A DNA stretch of 64,000 nt, from positions 32,001 through 96,000 of the forward strand of contig JBDGTS010000020.1 in NCBI GenBank assembly GCA_042216675.1. The letters run 5' to 3'. Shown one piece after another: positions 9,383-18,306 of the stretch. The notes under the pieces are model-generated. The model was not told the DNA's origin and ran no database searches. It was given only the letters and a program-made list of their open reading frames with translations. The stretch's first letter is position 1. Each line of letters starts with the position of its first letter. The translations under genes and the position numbers were made by a program. The DNA comes from Halobacteriaceae archaeon (lineage in GTDB: Archaea; Halobacteriota; Halobacteria; Halobacteriales; Halobacteriaceae).

Positions 9383-10082
9383 CGTGACGCGAACGGGGGT
9401 GGTCCTCGCCGGCGGGCGCGCCACCCGCTTCGGCGACGCCGACAAGGCGGTGGTCGCCCTCGACGGGACGCCGCTGGTGGCCCGCGTCGCGGACCGCCTC
9501 GCGCCCGTCGTCGACGAACTCGTCGTGAACTGCCGGCGCGAGCAGGCGTCCGCGATTCGGTCGGCGCTCGGGCCGCGGGACTACCGCATCGCTACCGACC
9601 CGGTACCGGACAGGGGCCCCGTCGCGGGTCTGCGGACCGGTCTGCGCGTCGCCCGCGGGTGGACGGCGGCCGTCGCGGCGTGTGACCTCCCGGCGCTCGA
9701 CCCGGCGTTCCTCGACTCACTGTTCGCCGACGCGCGGGGCGAGTCGGGCGTGGTGCCGGTCGTCGAGGGCCACCGCCAACCGCTCGCGGCGGTGTACCGC
9801 GTCGTCCCGACCGTCGAAGCGTGCGACGCGACGATGGCGACGGGGGCGCGGAGCCTCCGCGCCATGCTGGACCACCTCGACCCCCGCGAGGTTCCCGAGG
9901 CGACGGTGCGCGAGCGGACGGCGCCCGCGACGTTCTGCAACGTCAATCGCCGCGAAGACCTGATGCGGGCGCGGCGAGCGGTGGGGCTGACCGCCGCGAG
10001 GCCGTCGAACCACAATACTCTTGCTCGCGCCCGCGCCCCCAGCGCGTATGTCACGCGCACCGCCCGCGGCGACGGCGAGTGA
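9375..10082 (+). CDS. mobA: Molybdenum cofactor guanylyltransferase (C-terminus possibly extended)
   Basis: LAGGRATRFG-DK, GPVAGL, ACDLP, NVNRREDL motifs. Overlaps the nasA stop. Confidence 0.88.
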   Translation: MRDVTRTGVVLAGGRATRFGDADKAVVALDGTPLVARVADRLAPVVDELVVNCRREQASAIRSALGPRDYRIATDPVPDRGPVAGLRTGLRVARGWTAAVAACDLPALDPAFLDSLFADARGESGVVPVVEGHRQPLAAVYRVVPTVEACDATMATGARSLRAMLDHLDPREVPEATVRERTAPATFCNVNRREDLMRARRAVGLTAARPSNHNTLARARAPSAYVTRTARGDGE

Positions 10083-10947
10083 GGCCTACGTCCTCTCCTA
10101 CTTCCGCACTGAGGCCGAGGCGCTGCACCTCGCGGTCAGCGACGACGGGTACGACTTCACGGCGCTGAACGGCGGCGACGCCGTCCTCGAAAGCGACGTG
10201 GGCGCCGAGAGCATCCGCGACCCGTTCCTGTACGACGACGGCGAGCGCTTCCACCTGCTCGGCACCGACGGCTGGCACAGCGACCACGTGGTCCACGCCA
10301 CCTCCCCGGACCTCGTGGCGTGGTCGGCCCCCGAGCGCCTGCCGGTGATGGCCGACGTCGAAGGGACGCTCAACACGTGGGCGCCAGAGTGCTACTACGA
10401 CCGCGAGGCGGGCGTCACGCGCCTGCTCTGGTCCTCGACGGTGGGAGCGGGCGAGGCGCCCGACGACCCGGCAGAGCAGGCGGCCTACGACCACCGCATC
10501 TGGGCGGCGGAGACGACGGACTTCGAGTCGTTCACCGACCCCGAGGTGTTTCTGGACCCCGGCTTCAACGTCATCGACGCCACCGTCGCGCGCCACGACG
10601 GCGAGTATCTGCTCGCGGTGAAAGACGAACGCGGCGCGAACACCGTCGACACCGACCACAAGGACGTGGCCATCGGGCGCGCCGAGACGGGGCGCGGCCC
10701 GTTCACGCCCCTCTCGGACCCGGTGACGCCTGCGCCCGTCGAGGGGCCGACGCTCTACCGCGCCGACGGCGAGTGGCTGCTGCTCTACGACCACTTCATC
10801 GAGGGGGACTACGGCGCCTCGCGCTCTCCCGACGGTGAGGCGTGGGAGCGAGCGGACGACGCGGTGTCCGTCCCCGAGGGCGTCCGGCACGGGAGCGTGA
10901 TGGGCGTCGAACGCGGCGTCGTCGAGAGCCTTCGGGACGCCCTGTAG
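10048..10947 (+). CDS. GH43-like five-bladed beta-propeller glycoside hydrolase, cytoplasmic
   Basis: IRDPF, WAPE, VIDAT, VEGP and RHGSV motifs. No signal peptide. Confidence 0.8.
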   Translation: MSRAPPAATASEAYVLSYFRTEAEALHLAVSDDGYDFTALNGGDAVLESDVGAESIRDPFLYDDGERFHLLGTDGWHSDHVVHATSPDLVAWSAPERLPVMADVEGTLNTWAPECYYDREAGVTRLLWSSTVGAGEAPDDPAEQAAYDHRIWAAETTDFESFTDPEVFLDPGFNVIDATVARHDGEYLLAVKDERGANTVDTDHKDVAIGRAETGRGPFTPLSDPVTPAPVEGPTLYRADGEWLLLYDHFIEGDYGASRSPDGEAWERADDAVSVPEGVRHGSVMGVERGVVESLRDAL

Positions 10948-10984
10948 CCCAAACGTTTTAGCACCCGGGCCGACGGGGAGTCAC

Positions 10985-12238
10985 ATGGTTGACACGCTCG
11001 ACAGGCGGGCCCTCCTCGCGTCGGTCGGTGCCGGCGCTCTCGGCGCCGCCGGTCTGACCGGCCTCGCGGCCGGCGACGACGCCGACGACCACTACCACAA
11101 CCCGGTCGGCCCCATCGGCTTCGGCGACGTGTCGGTGATACAGGCCGACGACGGCACGTACTACGCCTACGGCACCGAGACGCCGAAGGACATCGTGCCC
11201 GTCGCGCGCTCGGAGAACCTCGTGGACTGGGAGTACGTGACCCAAGCGCTCCAGCGCAACCCCGACTGGCGTAGCGACGACGCGGGCGTCTGGGCGCCGG
11301 ACATCAACCGCTACGACGGCCAGTACCACCTCTACTACTCCTACTCGAAATGGGGGAGCAACGAGAACCCCGGCATCGGCCTCGCGACAGCGGACTCGCC
11401 CACCGGCCCGTTCGAGGATCAGGGACCGGTGTTTCGGGAGCAGGACCTCGGGATGACGAACGCCATCGACCCGGACCTCAACGTCGTCGACGGCACGCCG
11501 TACATGATCTGGGGGAGTTGGAACGGCATCAACGGCATCGAACTGACGGCCGCGGCCGACGACTACGTCGAGGGGTCGGCGTTCGAACTGGCGGGCAACC
11601 ACCGCGAGGGACCGATGGTCGTCGAGGAGGGGGGCTACTACTACCTGTTCTACTCGACGGGCCACTGCTGTGAGGGGTACGCCAGCACCTACGAGGTGGA
11701 GGTGGGCCGCTCGGAGTCGTTCACCGGCCCGTACGTCACCCGCGACGGGACGGACCTGCGGGACCTCCACGCCCACGGCTCCGGGCAGACGGTGCTCACC
11801 GCGACGGACCGGTTCACCGGCCCGGGGCACAACACCGCCATCCGCGACGAGAGCGGCGACTGGTGGATGCTGTACCACGTCGAGGCCACCGAGGCGCGGG
11901 AGGTGCGGACGATGATGCTCGACCGCATCCAGTTCGAGGACGGGTGGCCCGTCGTCGCCTGCAACGGGCATCCCAGCGCCAGCAGTCCGGTGCCGAGCGC
12001 CGAGTTCAGTTGCGACGCGGCCACGTTCGAGAGTAGCGTCTCCGAGGCGACGGCCACGACCACGGCCACGGAGGCGGCGACGGCCACCGACTCGCCGACG
12101 CGGACCCGGACGGCCACCGCGACGCCGACGGCCACCGGGTCGGAGTCGGGCGGCGTCGCCGGCCCGGGGATTCTCGGGAGCGTCGCGGCGCTCGGGGCGG
12201 CGGCCGCGGGCGCGCTCTACGGCCGGCGCGACGACTAA
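10985..12238 (+). CDS. GH43 endo-arabinanase-like glycosidase, Tat-exported, with Thr-rich linker and C-terminal membrane anchor
   Basis: LDRRALL Tat signal; WAPD, AIDP, EGP, CCEG and GPGHN motifs; T-rich stretch; GPG-hydrophobic-RR tail. Confidence 0.85.
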   Translation: MVDTLDRRALLASVGAGALGAAGLTGLAAGDDADDHYHNPVGPIGFGDVSVIQADDGTYYAYGTETPKDIVPVARSENLVDWEYVTQALQRNPDWRSDDAGVWAPDINRYDGQYHLYYSYSKWGSNENPGIGLATADSPTGPFEDQGPVFREQDLGMTNAIDPDLNVVDGTPYMIWGSWNGINGIELTAAADDYVEGSAFELAGNHREGPMVVEEGGYYYLFYSTGHCCEGYASTYEVEVGRSESFTGPYVTRDGTDLRDLHAHGSGQTVLTATDRFTGPGHNTAIRDESGDWWMLYHVEATEAREVRTMMLDRIQFEDGWPVVACNGHPSASSPVPSAEFSCDAATFESSVSEATATTTATEAATATDSPTRTRTATATPTATGSESGGVAGPGILGSVAALGAAAAGALYGRRDD

Positions 12239-12639
12239 AACGGATTTTCGACCGCCGTCTCGGTGAGACGGACCGCCCCCTCGTCCGTCGCGTCCGCCAC
12301 GGCGCCTTTGTCGCGGAGGAGAAAGGCGTTGTAGCCGTCGACGGTCCGCTGTGCCACCGAGTCCGCGAAGATGTCGTCGGGGTGGGCGGTGTACTGCTCC
12401 ACGAGGACGACGAACTCCGGAACGGGCGCCTCGACGAGGGCGTAGCCTTCGTCGGCGAGAAACGAGGCGACGGCCGGGAACTCGGGGGCGGGGACGGCGA
12501 AGCGGTACTGGCTGTGCTCGTAGAACGGCCGCAGGCGGGCGAACACGTCGTCGCCCTCGAAGTAGTGCTTGAAGAGGTAGCGCTCGCCGACGGCGAAGGC
12601 GTTCACCCGGCGTTCGCTCGCGCGGTGGAACTCCGCCAT
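12235..12639 (-). CDS. Hypothetical protein, haloarchaeal type
   Basis: 134-aa ORF with normal composition (YLFKHYFEGDDVF). Confidence 0.7.
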   Translation of the reverse strand: MAEFHRASERRVNAFAVGERYLFKHYFEGDDVFARLRPFYEHSQYRFAVPAPEFPAVASFLADEGYALVEAPVPEFVVLVEQYTAHPDDIFADSVAQRTVDGYNAFLLRDKGAVADATDEGAVRLTETAVENPF

Positions 12640-12676
12640 TCCCCGTCCACGGGTGACAGTACGAGGGCCGGGGTGT

Positions 12677-14779
12677 TCAATCTTCGGCGCGTTCGAACGC
12701 GACGCGGACGAATCCGAACCGCGGCACCGTCACCTCGGCCGCGCCGTCGCGGACGGCGACGGACTCGGACTCGGGGACGACGGCCTCGGGGTCGTCGTGG
12801 CTGTTGTGCGCCGCCATCGAGTCGCCCGTGAGCGTCGTCACCGTCGCCTCCGACGCCGGGTCGAAGCCGTCGCCGACGGCGACTGTCACGGGCCGGTCGT
12901 CGGCCGTCGCGTCACGATGCACGAGGTCGACGGAGAGCGTGTCGCCGTCGCGAACGGCGATGGGGTCGAGGACCGGCACGTCGGAGACGGCGTCGAGACT
13001 GCCGAAGAGGTCCATCGTGTCCGCGGCGAACCCGGCGTCGGTGTCGTACGTCGGGCACGCGAGGTCCACGCCGAGCGGTGTGCCGCCGGCGACGTCGGCG
13101 CCGAGGCGATGGTAGTGGAGCACCGGGTCCGCGCGGACGCGGGCCTTCTCCGACCGGAGGCCGCCGCCGTGGTTGCCGACGCCGGAGTGCGTGATGATGG
13201 GGACCCGCCCCGCCGAGCGGACGGCCTCGTGGACGAACGTCGCGGCGTAGAGGGCCTCCGCGATGCCGTCGCTCCGTGGCAGTTCGTCGTGGTCGCGGCC
13301 CTCGCCGGGACGCGCGAACAGTTGGAGTTCGGTGATAGCGATGCGGAGGTCCGGCACGCCCGCGGCCGCCATCTCCGCGGCCACGTCCTCGTACTCGTCG
13401 AAGACGCGGGGCGCGAGGCCCATGTAGTCGTTGAACAGAGCCGTCAGGTCGTCGTCGGCGTCCACCTCGTCGCCGACGAGGACGTGGTCGGTGAGGTAGT
13501 CGATGCGGTCGGGCGCCGCGTCGAGGACCGGGCCGTTCCAGTCCGTGAGGCGATTGCCACAGGCCAGCACCTCGATAGACGGGTCGGCGTCGGTCATCGC
13601 GTCGTGGAACCGGTCGTACCGGTCGGCGTACCCCTCGGGCGTGGTCCACGTCGTCTGCCACGGGCCGTACACCTCGTTGCCCACCTCCCAGTACGTCACG
13701 TCCCACGGGTCGGGGTGGCCGTGTTCGGCGCGGAGCGCCCCCATCTCCGTGTCGGTGTCGCCGGTGACGTACTCCACCCAGTCGCCGGCCTCGGCGGCGG
13801 CCCCGTCGCCGGCGTTGACGCAAATCATCGGCTCGCAGCCCACCCGCTCACAGAGGTCGAGGAACTCCGCCGTGCCGACGAAGTTGGTTTCGAGGCCGTC
13901 CCACGCGGGGTTCGGGCGCGTCGGTCGCTCAGCGAATGGGCCGACGCCGTCGCGCCAGTCGTAGCCCGAGACGAAGTTGCCGCCGGGCCACCGGAACAGG
14001 GGGAGGGCGGCGTCCCGCAGGGCGTCCACGACCGCCGGGTCGAGGCCGTCGCGGTGGTCGTCGGGCAGGAGGCGAACGTGGTCGAGGACGAGATTGACGC
14101 CGCCCGGTGCGGTCACCGAGAGTCCGTAGAGTGCGTCGGGGTCCGTCCCCCCGGGGAGCGAGAGGGCACCGTCGCCGACGGTCCAGTCGTCGCCGATTTC
14201 GAGCGTGTCGGTCGAGAACGGGTCGCCGAGCGTTCCGTCGTCCGCGACGGGGTGGAGGGCCACGCGGAGCGTCGCGCCGTTGCGGGCGCGGGCGGCGACG
14301 TCGACCTCGAAGTCGCGGATCCGCCGCGCGGGGAGGTGACACCACTGCGCGACGCCGGCCCGGTCGCCGGCCGTCTCGACGCGTTGAGCGCGGTCCCCGG
14401 CGCGGCCCACGTCGGGGCTGGCCGTCACGTCGCCCACCGGGAGCCACCAGAGGGCGAGGCCGTCGCGGTAGGCCGCCAGCATCCGGTCGTCGTCGGGGAA
14501 GTCCCGCGCGTCGGCGTAGTCGGCGACGCGTTCGGCGACCGTCTCCGCGTCGTGCGTCGCGGGCCGGCCGCCGTCGACGGTGGGCGAGCGCACCTGAAAC
14601 TTCCACGACCCGAAAGTGGGGTTGTGGAGAGCGCCCGCGCCGAGCGCGTTTCGGGCGTTGCGGGCCGTGTAGAGGTGTTCACCGAACTTCCCGAACAGCC
14701 GCGGGTCGACGGCCGGTGAGCAGGCGGCCGTCGGGCGCACCGTGACGCGGGCGGCGTCGGCCTCGGTGTGGTCGAGCAC
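12677..14779 (-). CDS. GH51 alpha-L-arabinofuranosidase-like enzyme
   Basis: LFGKFGEHL, RWPGGNF, WEVGNE motifs and a C-terminal beta-sandwich. GTG at 14779 is the probable start. Confidence 0.88.
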   Translation of the reverse strand: MLDHTEADAARVTVRPTAACSPAVDPRLFGKFGEHLYTARNARNALGAGALHNPTFGSWKFQVRSPTVDGGRPATHDAETVAERVADYADARDFPDDDRMLAAYRDGLALWWLPVGDVTASPDVGRAGDRAQRVETAGDRAGVAQWCHLPARRIRDFEVDVAARARNGATLRVALHPVADDGTLGDPFSTDTLEIGDDWTVGDGALSLPGGTDPDALYGLSVTAPGGVNLVLDHVRLLPDDHRDGLDPAVVDALRDAALPLFRWPGGNFVSGYDWRDGVGPFAERPTRPNPAWDGLETNFVGTAEFLDLCERVGCEPMICVNAGDGAAAEAGDWVEYVTGDTDTEMGALRAEHGHPDPWDVTYWEVGNEVYGPWQTTWTTPEGYADRYDRFHDAMTDADPSIEVLACGNRLTDWNGPVLDAAPDRIDYLTDHVLVGDEVDADDDLTALFNDYMGLAPRVFDEYEDVAAEMAAAGVPDLRIAITELQLFARPGEGRDHDELPRSDGIAEALYAATFVHEAVRSAGRVPIITHSGVGNHGGGLRSEKARVRADPVLHYHRLGADVAGGTPLGVDLACPTYDTDAGFAADTMDLFGSLDAVSDVPVLDPIAVRDGDTLSVDLVHRDATADDRPVTVAVGDGFDPASEATVTTLTGDSMAAHNSHDDPEAVVPESESVAVRDGAAEVTVPRFGFVRVAFERAED

Positions 14780-14841
14780 GGTCCCGAGAGCGCGGGGCGG
14801 GGGCAAATAGGTGTCGCCGGTGAACGGGATACGGGGACCAG

Positions 14842-15344
14842 TCAGTCGAGGTAGGGGTCCTCGATGTCCGTCGCGCCGCCGAGAAGTGCCGTGACGCGGC
14901 GCGTGACGAGGTCGAACACGACCACGAGGGGGTAGAGCAGGCGCTCGACGACCCGAATCGGACCCGCGACGACGAGCGACCAGCGCTCGGCGTTCCCGAG
15001 GCCGTAGGACTTCGAGACGATCTCGCCGAACACGAGGACGACGAAACTCGCCACCACCGTCGCGACGGGAATCGCCTCGCCAGCGGGGAGATACCGGACG
15101 AGGATGCCCGTCGAAATGCTCGCGATGGCGACGTTGACGACGTTGTTGCCGACCAGAATCGTCACATGCAGTCGGTGGGGGTTGCGCCGCAGGGAAGCGA
15201 GGACGGCGGCCCGCCCGTCACCCTCCGGGGCCCACTCGGCCGGGAGCGTGAAAATCGCCGTCTCGCTGCTGGAGAAGAACGCGCTGAGCGCCACCAGTCC
15301 GACGATGGCGCGGTGCCGAGGAGCGTGAACGTGTCGAGAGCCAT
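14842..15344 (-). pseudogene. CNNM/DUF21 transmembrane-domain protein with a 1-nt frameshift near the 5' end
   Basis: ATG 15344 frame reads MALDTFTLLGTA. Adding one base near 15310 continues AIVGLVALSAFFSSSETA...ILVGNNVVN...FGEIVSK. Could be a sequencing error. Confidence 0.7.
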
Positions 15345-15382
15345 GGGCACCCTGCGTCGGCGAGAGGTAAAGAACCGGGGCC

Positions 15383-16576
15383 CTACTCCGCCGGCGGGAG
15401 CGTCCCCGCCTCGGGAACGTCCGCGAGGTAGAGGTTGGCGTACTCGGTCCGGTCGCTACAGAACAGCACCTGCTCCCCGTCGGGGCTGAACCGCGGGTGG
15501 ACGTGGAGGCGCCCGAAGTCGAACGTGCTGGCGCCGTGGCGGGCGAGACGCCGCGGGCCGTCGTAGCCGTCGCCGTCCCGGCGCCAGAGGAACAGATACG
15601 GGTCGTCGGGCGTGCCGTCGGAGACGACGGCCTCCCGGGAGTGCGCGTTGACGTGCCCCCGCGGCCCGTCGTGGTCGAAGACGGCGCGGGGAATCGGGTG
15701 CTCGACGCGGGACTCGTTGTCGTAGCCGGTGATGCCGAAGAACGGTTGGCCGTCGGGCCAGCGGCCGTGATAGCCCACGTCCTCGCCGTTTGCGAGCCAG
15801 AACTCGTGGCCCAGCATCTCGGAGTCGTCCTCGGGGCGAATCTTCCAGTTCTCGCCGGTGTCGAGGTTCAGCCCCCAGATGCGCTGGCTGGTTCGGTCCC
15901 ACGGCCCCTCTTGGGCGTAGGTGATGACGTCGGGGTTCGTCGGCGAGGCGTTCGTGTGGCTGAGTTCCGTCGCCTCCTCGTGGACCACCTCCGCCTCGCC
16001 GCCCGCGATGGGGACGCGGAGGATGCGCGTGACCGGTTCGGCCTCCCAGATGGCCGCCCCCTCGTGCCATCGGCCACCACTCGCGTCGGCCTCGACTTCC
16101 TCGCGGACGCTCGTGCAGACGTACCGCCCGTCGGCGGTGACGCTGTTGTGACAGCCCATGTAGGTGAAGCCGTCGGGCGTCTCGTACAGGACGTCGAGCG
16201 TGAGCGAATCCAAATCGAGAGCCACCAGTCGCTCGCCGTACCAGAAGTAGACGGCGCGCCGGGCGGCGTCGACGGCGGCGTTGCGGCTGAAGTGCGCGTA
16301 CGAGTCGTCGAGTGCGGGCAGGTCGGTGAGTTGCGTGACGGCCCCGGACTCCAGAGTCACCTCGTAGAGGTTGTGCGCGCCGCCCCGGTCGGAGTTGAAG
16401 ACGAGGCGGCGGCCGTCGTCGTACCAGCCGTCGTTGGTGAAGTAGAGGTGGTTGCTGTGCGCCGCGAAGTCCGTCAGTTTGCGGACCCGGACGCCCGTCT
16501 CGGGGTCGGCGAACGTCTCGTCGGCGGCGGGGAAACGCCGGCCGGCTTGGGGCCCCTGTGTGGGTCGTCGTTCCAT
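15383..16576 (-). CDS. Oligogalacturonate lyase (PL22)-like beta-propeller protein
   Basis: DPETG start, HLYFTNDGW, QEGPW, GHEFW and HVHPRFSPDG motifs. Confidence 0.8.
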   Translation of the reverse strand: MERRPTQGPQAGRRFPAADETFADPETGVRVRKLTDFAAHSNHLYFTNDGWYDDGRRLVFNSDRGGAHNLYEVTLESGAVTQLTDLPALDDSYAHFSRNAAVDAARRAVYFWYGERLVALDLDSLTLDVLYETPDGFTYMGCHNSVTADGRYVCTSVREEVEADASGGRWHEGAAIWEAEPVTRILRVPIAGGEAEVVHEEATELSHTNASPTNPDVITYAQEGPWDRTSQRIWGLNLDTGENWKIRPEDDSEMLGHEFWLANGEDVGYHGRWPDGQPFFGITGYDNESRVEHPIPRAVFDHDGPRGHVNAHSREAVVSDGTPDDPYLFLWRRDGDGYDGPRRLARHGASTFDFGRLHVHPRFSPDGEQVLFCSDRTEYANLYLADVPEAGTLPPAE

Positions 16577-16622
16577 ACCACCCCGCGGCGCGCCATCCGC
16601 TTCAACGTTGGCCTGCCGGCAG

Positions 16623-16895
16623 TCACTCGATTTCGAGGGCCCCGCCGTCGGCGCCCTCGTCCCACTCCAGTTCGAACTCGACGCTGAGTTCGCCCTGCCC
16701 GTCTTCGGGGCCCTCGCGTTCGGCTTTCACCTCGAACGCCAGCCGTTCCGGCGGGTCGAGGGTCACCGACTCGTCGCCGGCGCGGAGGGTGATGTCGTCA
16801 CCGGCGTCGAGGCCGTCCGCGACGGCGCGGAGGTAGGACGCGATTTCGGCGCGCGACTGTTCGCTCTCGGACGCGAAGAGTACCTCTTCGGGCAT
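16623..16895 (-). CDS. Amphi-Trp domain protein
   Basis: MPEEVLFASE...SRAEIASYLRAVAD...FEVKAERE...VEFELEW. Confidence 0.85.
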   Translation of the reverse strand: MPEEVLFASESEQSRAEIASYLRAVADGLDAGDDITLRAGDESVTLDPPERLAFEVKAEREGPEDGQGELSVEFELEWDEGADGGALEIE

Positions 16896-16964
16896 ACCCG
16901 AACGGGGGCGCTCCGCGGACATAAGCACCACCCCGATTATGGGGTCGGCGGGGCAACGCCCAGT

Positions 16965-17549
16965 ATGCGCACCGACGACGCGACGGTGGCGGGCGCCCTC
17001 TTCGTCGCCCTCCCCGCCCTGTTCACGACGACGCTGATGCTCGCCGCGGCGATGGCGCCCGACTACGACGTGGGCGCCGCGGCCATCAGCGAACTCGGCG
17101 TGATTCCCGAGACGGCACTCCTGTTCAACGCGGCGATGGTCGCGACGGGCGTCGGCAACGCCGCGGCCGGGCGCTACTTCTATCGGGTCCACGGCCGGCG
17201 GTGGCTGGTCGCCCTGTTCGTCGTGGCCGGCGTCGGCACGGCGGGCGTGGGCGTCTTCCCGATGGACACCGGGGCGCCCCACGCCGTCGCCGCCTTCGTG
17301 GCGTTCTCGGCGTTCAATCTCCAAGCGCTCGGGACGGCGACGTGGCTCGACGGGGCGATGCGGGCGTTTGCCGTCGTCGCGGGCGTCGTCGGCCTCCTCG
17401 CACTCGGGTGGTTCGTCCTCGGCGGGGGCGAGGGGTCAGCGGCCTACGCGCCGTTCGGCTACGGCGGCGTCGAACGACTCATCGTCTACCCCGGACTCCT
17501 GTGGTCGGTGGCGCTCGGCGGGTATCTGCTCGCGCCGGGCCAGTCGTGA
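16965..17549 (+). CDS. DUF998-family membrane protein
   Basis: YDV...ISELG, GVGVFP, H..A and GGVERL motifs; multiple TM segments. Confidence 0.8.
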   Translation: MRTDDATVAGALFVALPALFTTTLMLAAAMAPDYDVGAAAISELGVIPETALLFNAAMVATGVGNAAAGRYFYRVHGRRWLVALFVVAGVGTAGVGVFPMDTGAPHAVAAFVAFSAFNLQALGTATWLDGAMRAFAVVAGVVGLLALGWFVLGGGEGSAAYAPFGYGGVERLIVYPGLLWSVALGGYLLAPGQS

Positions 17550-17582
17550 CGCATTTCTAACTGGAGCGCGACGGCGGAGACG

Positions 17583-18248
17583 ATGCCCTCCACACGAGCG
17601 CTCGCGAACGGCCTCACCCTCGTCGGCGTCTTGCTCCTCCTCACGCCACAGGCGATGGCGGGGGTGAGCCTCGGGGCACAGACCATCCACTACGACGTGG
17701 GCTACGTCACGGTGACGGCCGACGGTCCGGAACTCACGGGCCGCGTGGACGACGTGCCCGACGCGGACGTGCTCTGCTGGACCTCGCTCTCCCGGGCCTG
17801 CCAACTGGAGCGCGCCCTGCTGAACCGACCCGTCGAAATCGACGCCGGACCGACGTACTACGACCGGTTCACGGAGTACAGCTATCTGCTCCACGAGGGG
17901 ACGTTCTACCGCACCGACGCCACGGAGACGGAACTCCGACTCACGCCCGTGAATGCGACCCGAGCGCTCGAACGCACCTCCGCGCCGGTGGACGCGCCGG
18001 CGGACGTCGTCGCGGCGTTCGCGGCGGGCCGGACGGAGGTGGCGACGCGCGCCACGCTTCCCACGCACCAACTCATGGCCCTCGGCGACGGCCGCTACGC
18101 CACGGTGCGCGAGGACTACCGGAGCCGTTCGGAGGTTGCGAAGCTACTGCACGGCCTCGAACCCCTCCTCGGACCCCTCGGATTTCTGCTCGGACTGGCG
18201 CTCGTCGTCGGCGGGCAACGGCGTGCCGTCCACGAGTGGTACCGGTAG
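17583..18248 (+). CDS. Hypothetical membrane protein with N- and C-terminal TM helices
   Basis: 221-aa ORF with hydrophobic ends and a soluble middle containing two Cys. Confidence 0.65.
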   Translation: MPSTRALANGLTLVGVLLLLTPQAMAGVSLGAQTIHYDVGYVTVTADGPELTGRVDDVPDADVLCWTSLSRACQLERALLNRPVEIDAGPTYYDRFTEYSYLLHEGTFYRTDATETELRLTPVNATRALERTSAPVDAPADVVAAFAAGRTEVATRATLPTHQLMALGDGRYATVREDYRSRSEVAKLLHGLEPLLGPLGFLLGLALVVGGQRRAVHEWYR

Positions 18249-18268
18249 CCCCGAACCCCTCGGAAGTC

Positions 18269-18280
18269 CGAACGTTTAAC
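18269..18280 (+). promoter_or_regulatory. BRE/TATA-like element cgaacgtttaac upstream of the ATPase; identical copy at 57974-57985 upstream of pilC
   Basis: Exact 12-mer at both sites. The first lies about 27 nt before the ATG, as expected for a leaderless archaeal promoter. Confidence 0.5.
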
Positions 18281-18306
18281 ACGGCGTGGGAAGCAGTCCG
18301 TGACAG

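Noticed and set aside
12046-12136. Imperfect ACGGCC/ACGGCG tandem repeats
   Set aside because: They encode the Thr/Ala linker of the GH43 protein; not a CRISPR array or VNTR.
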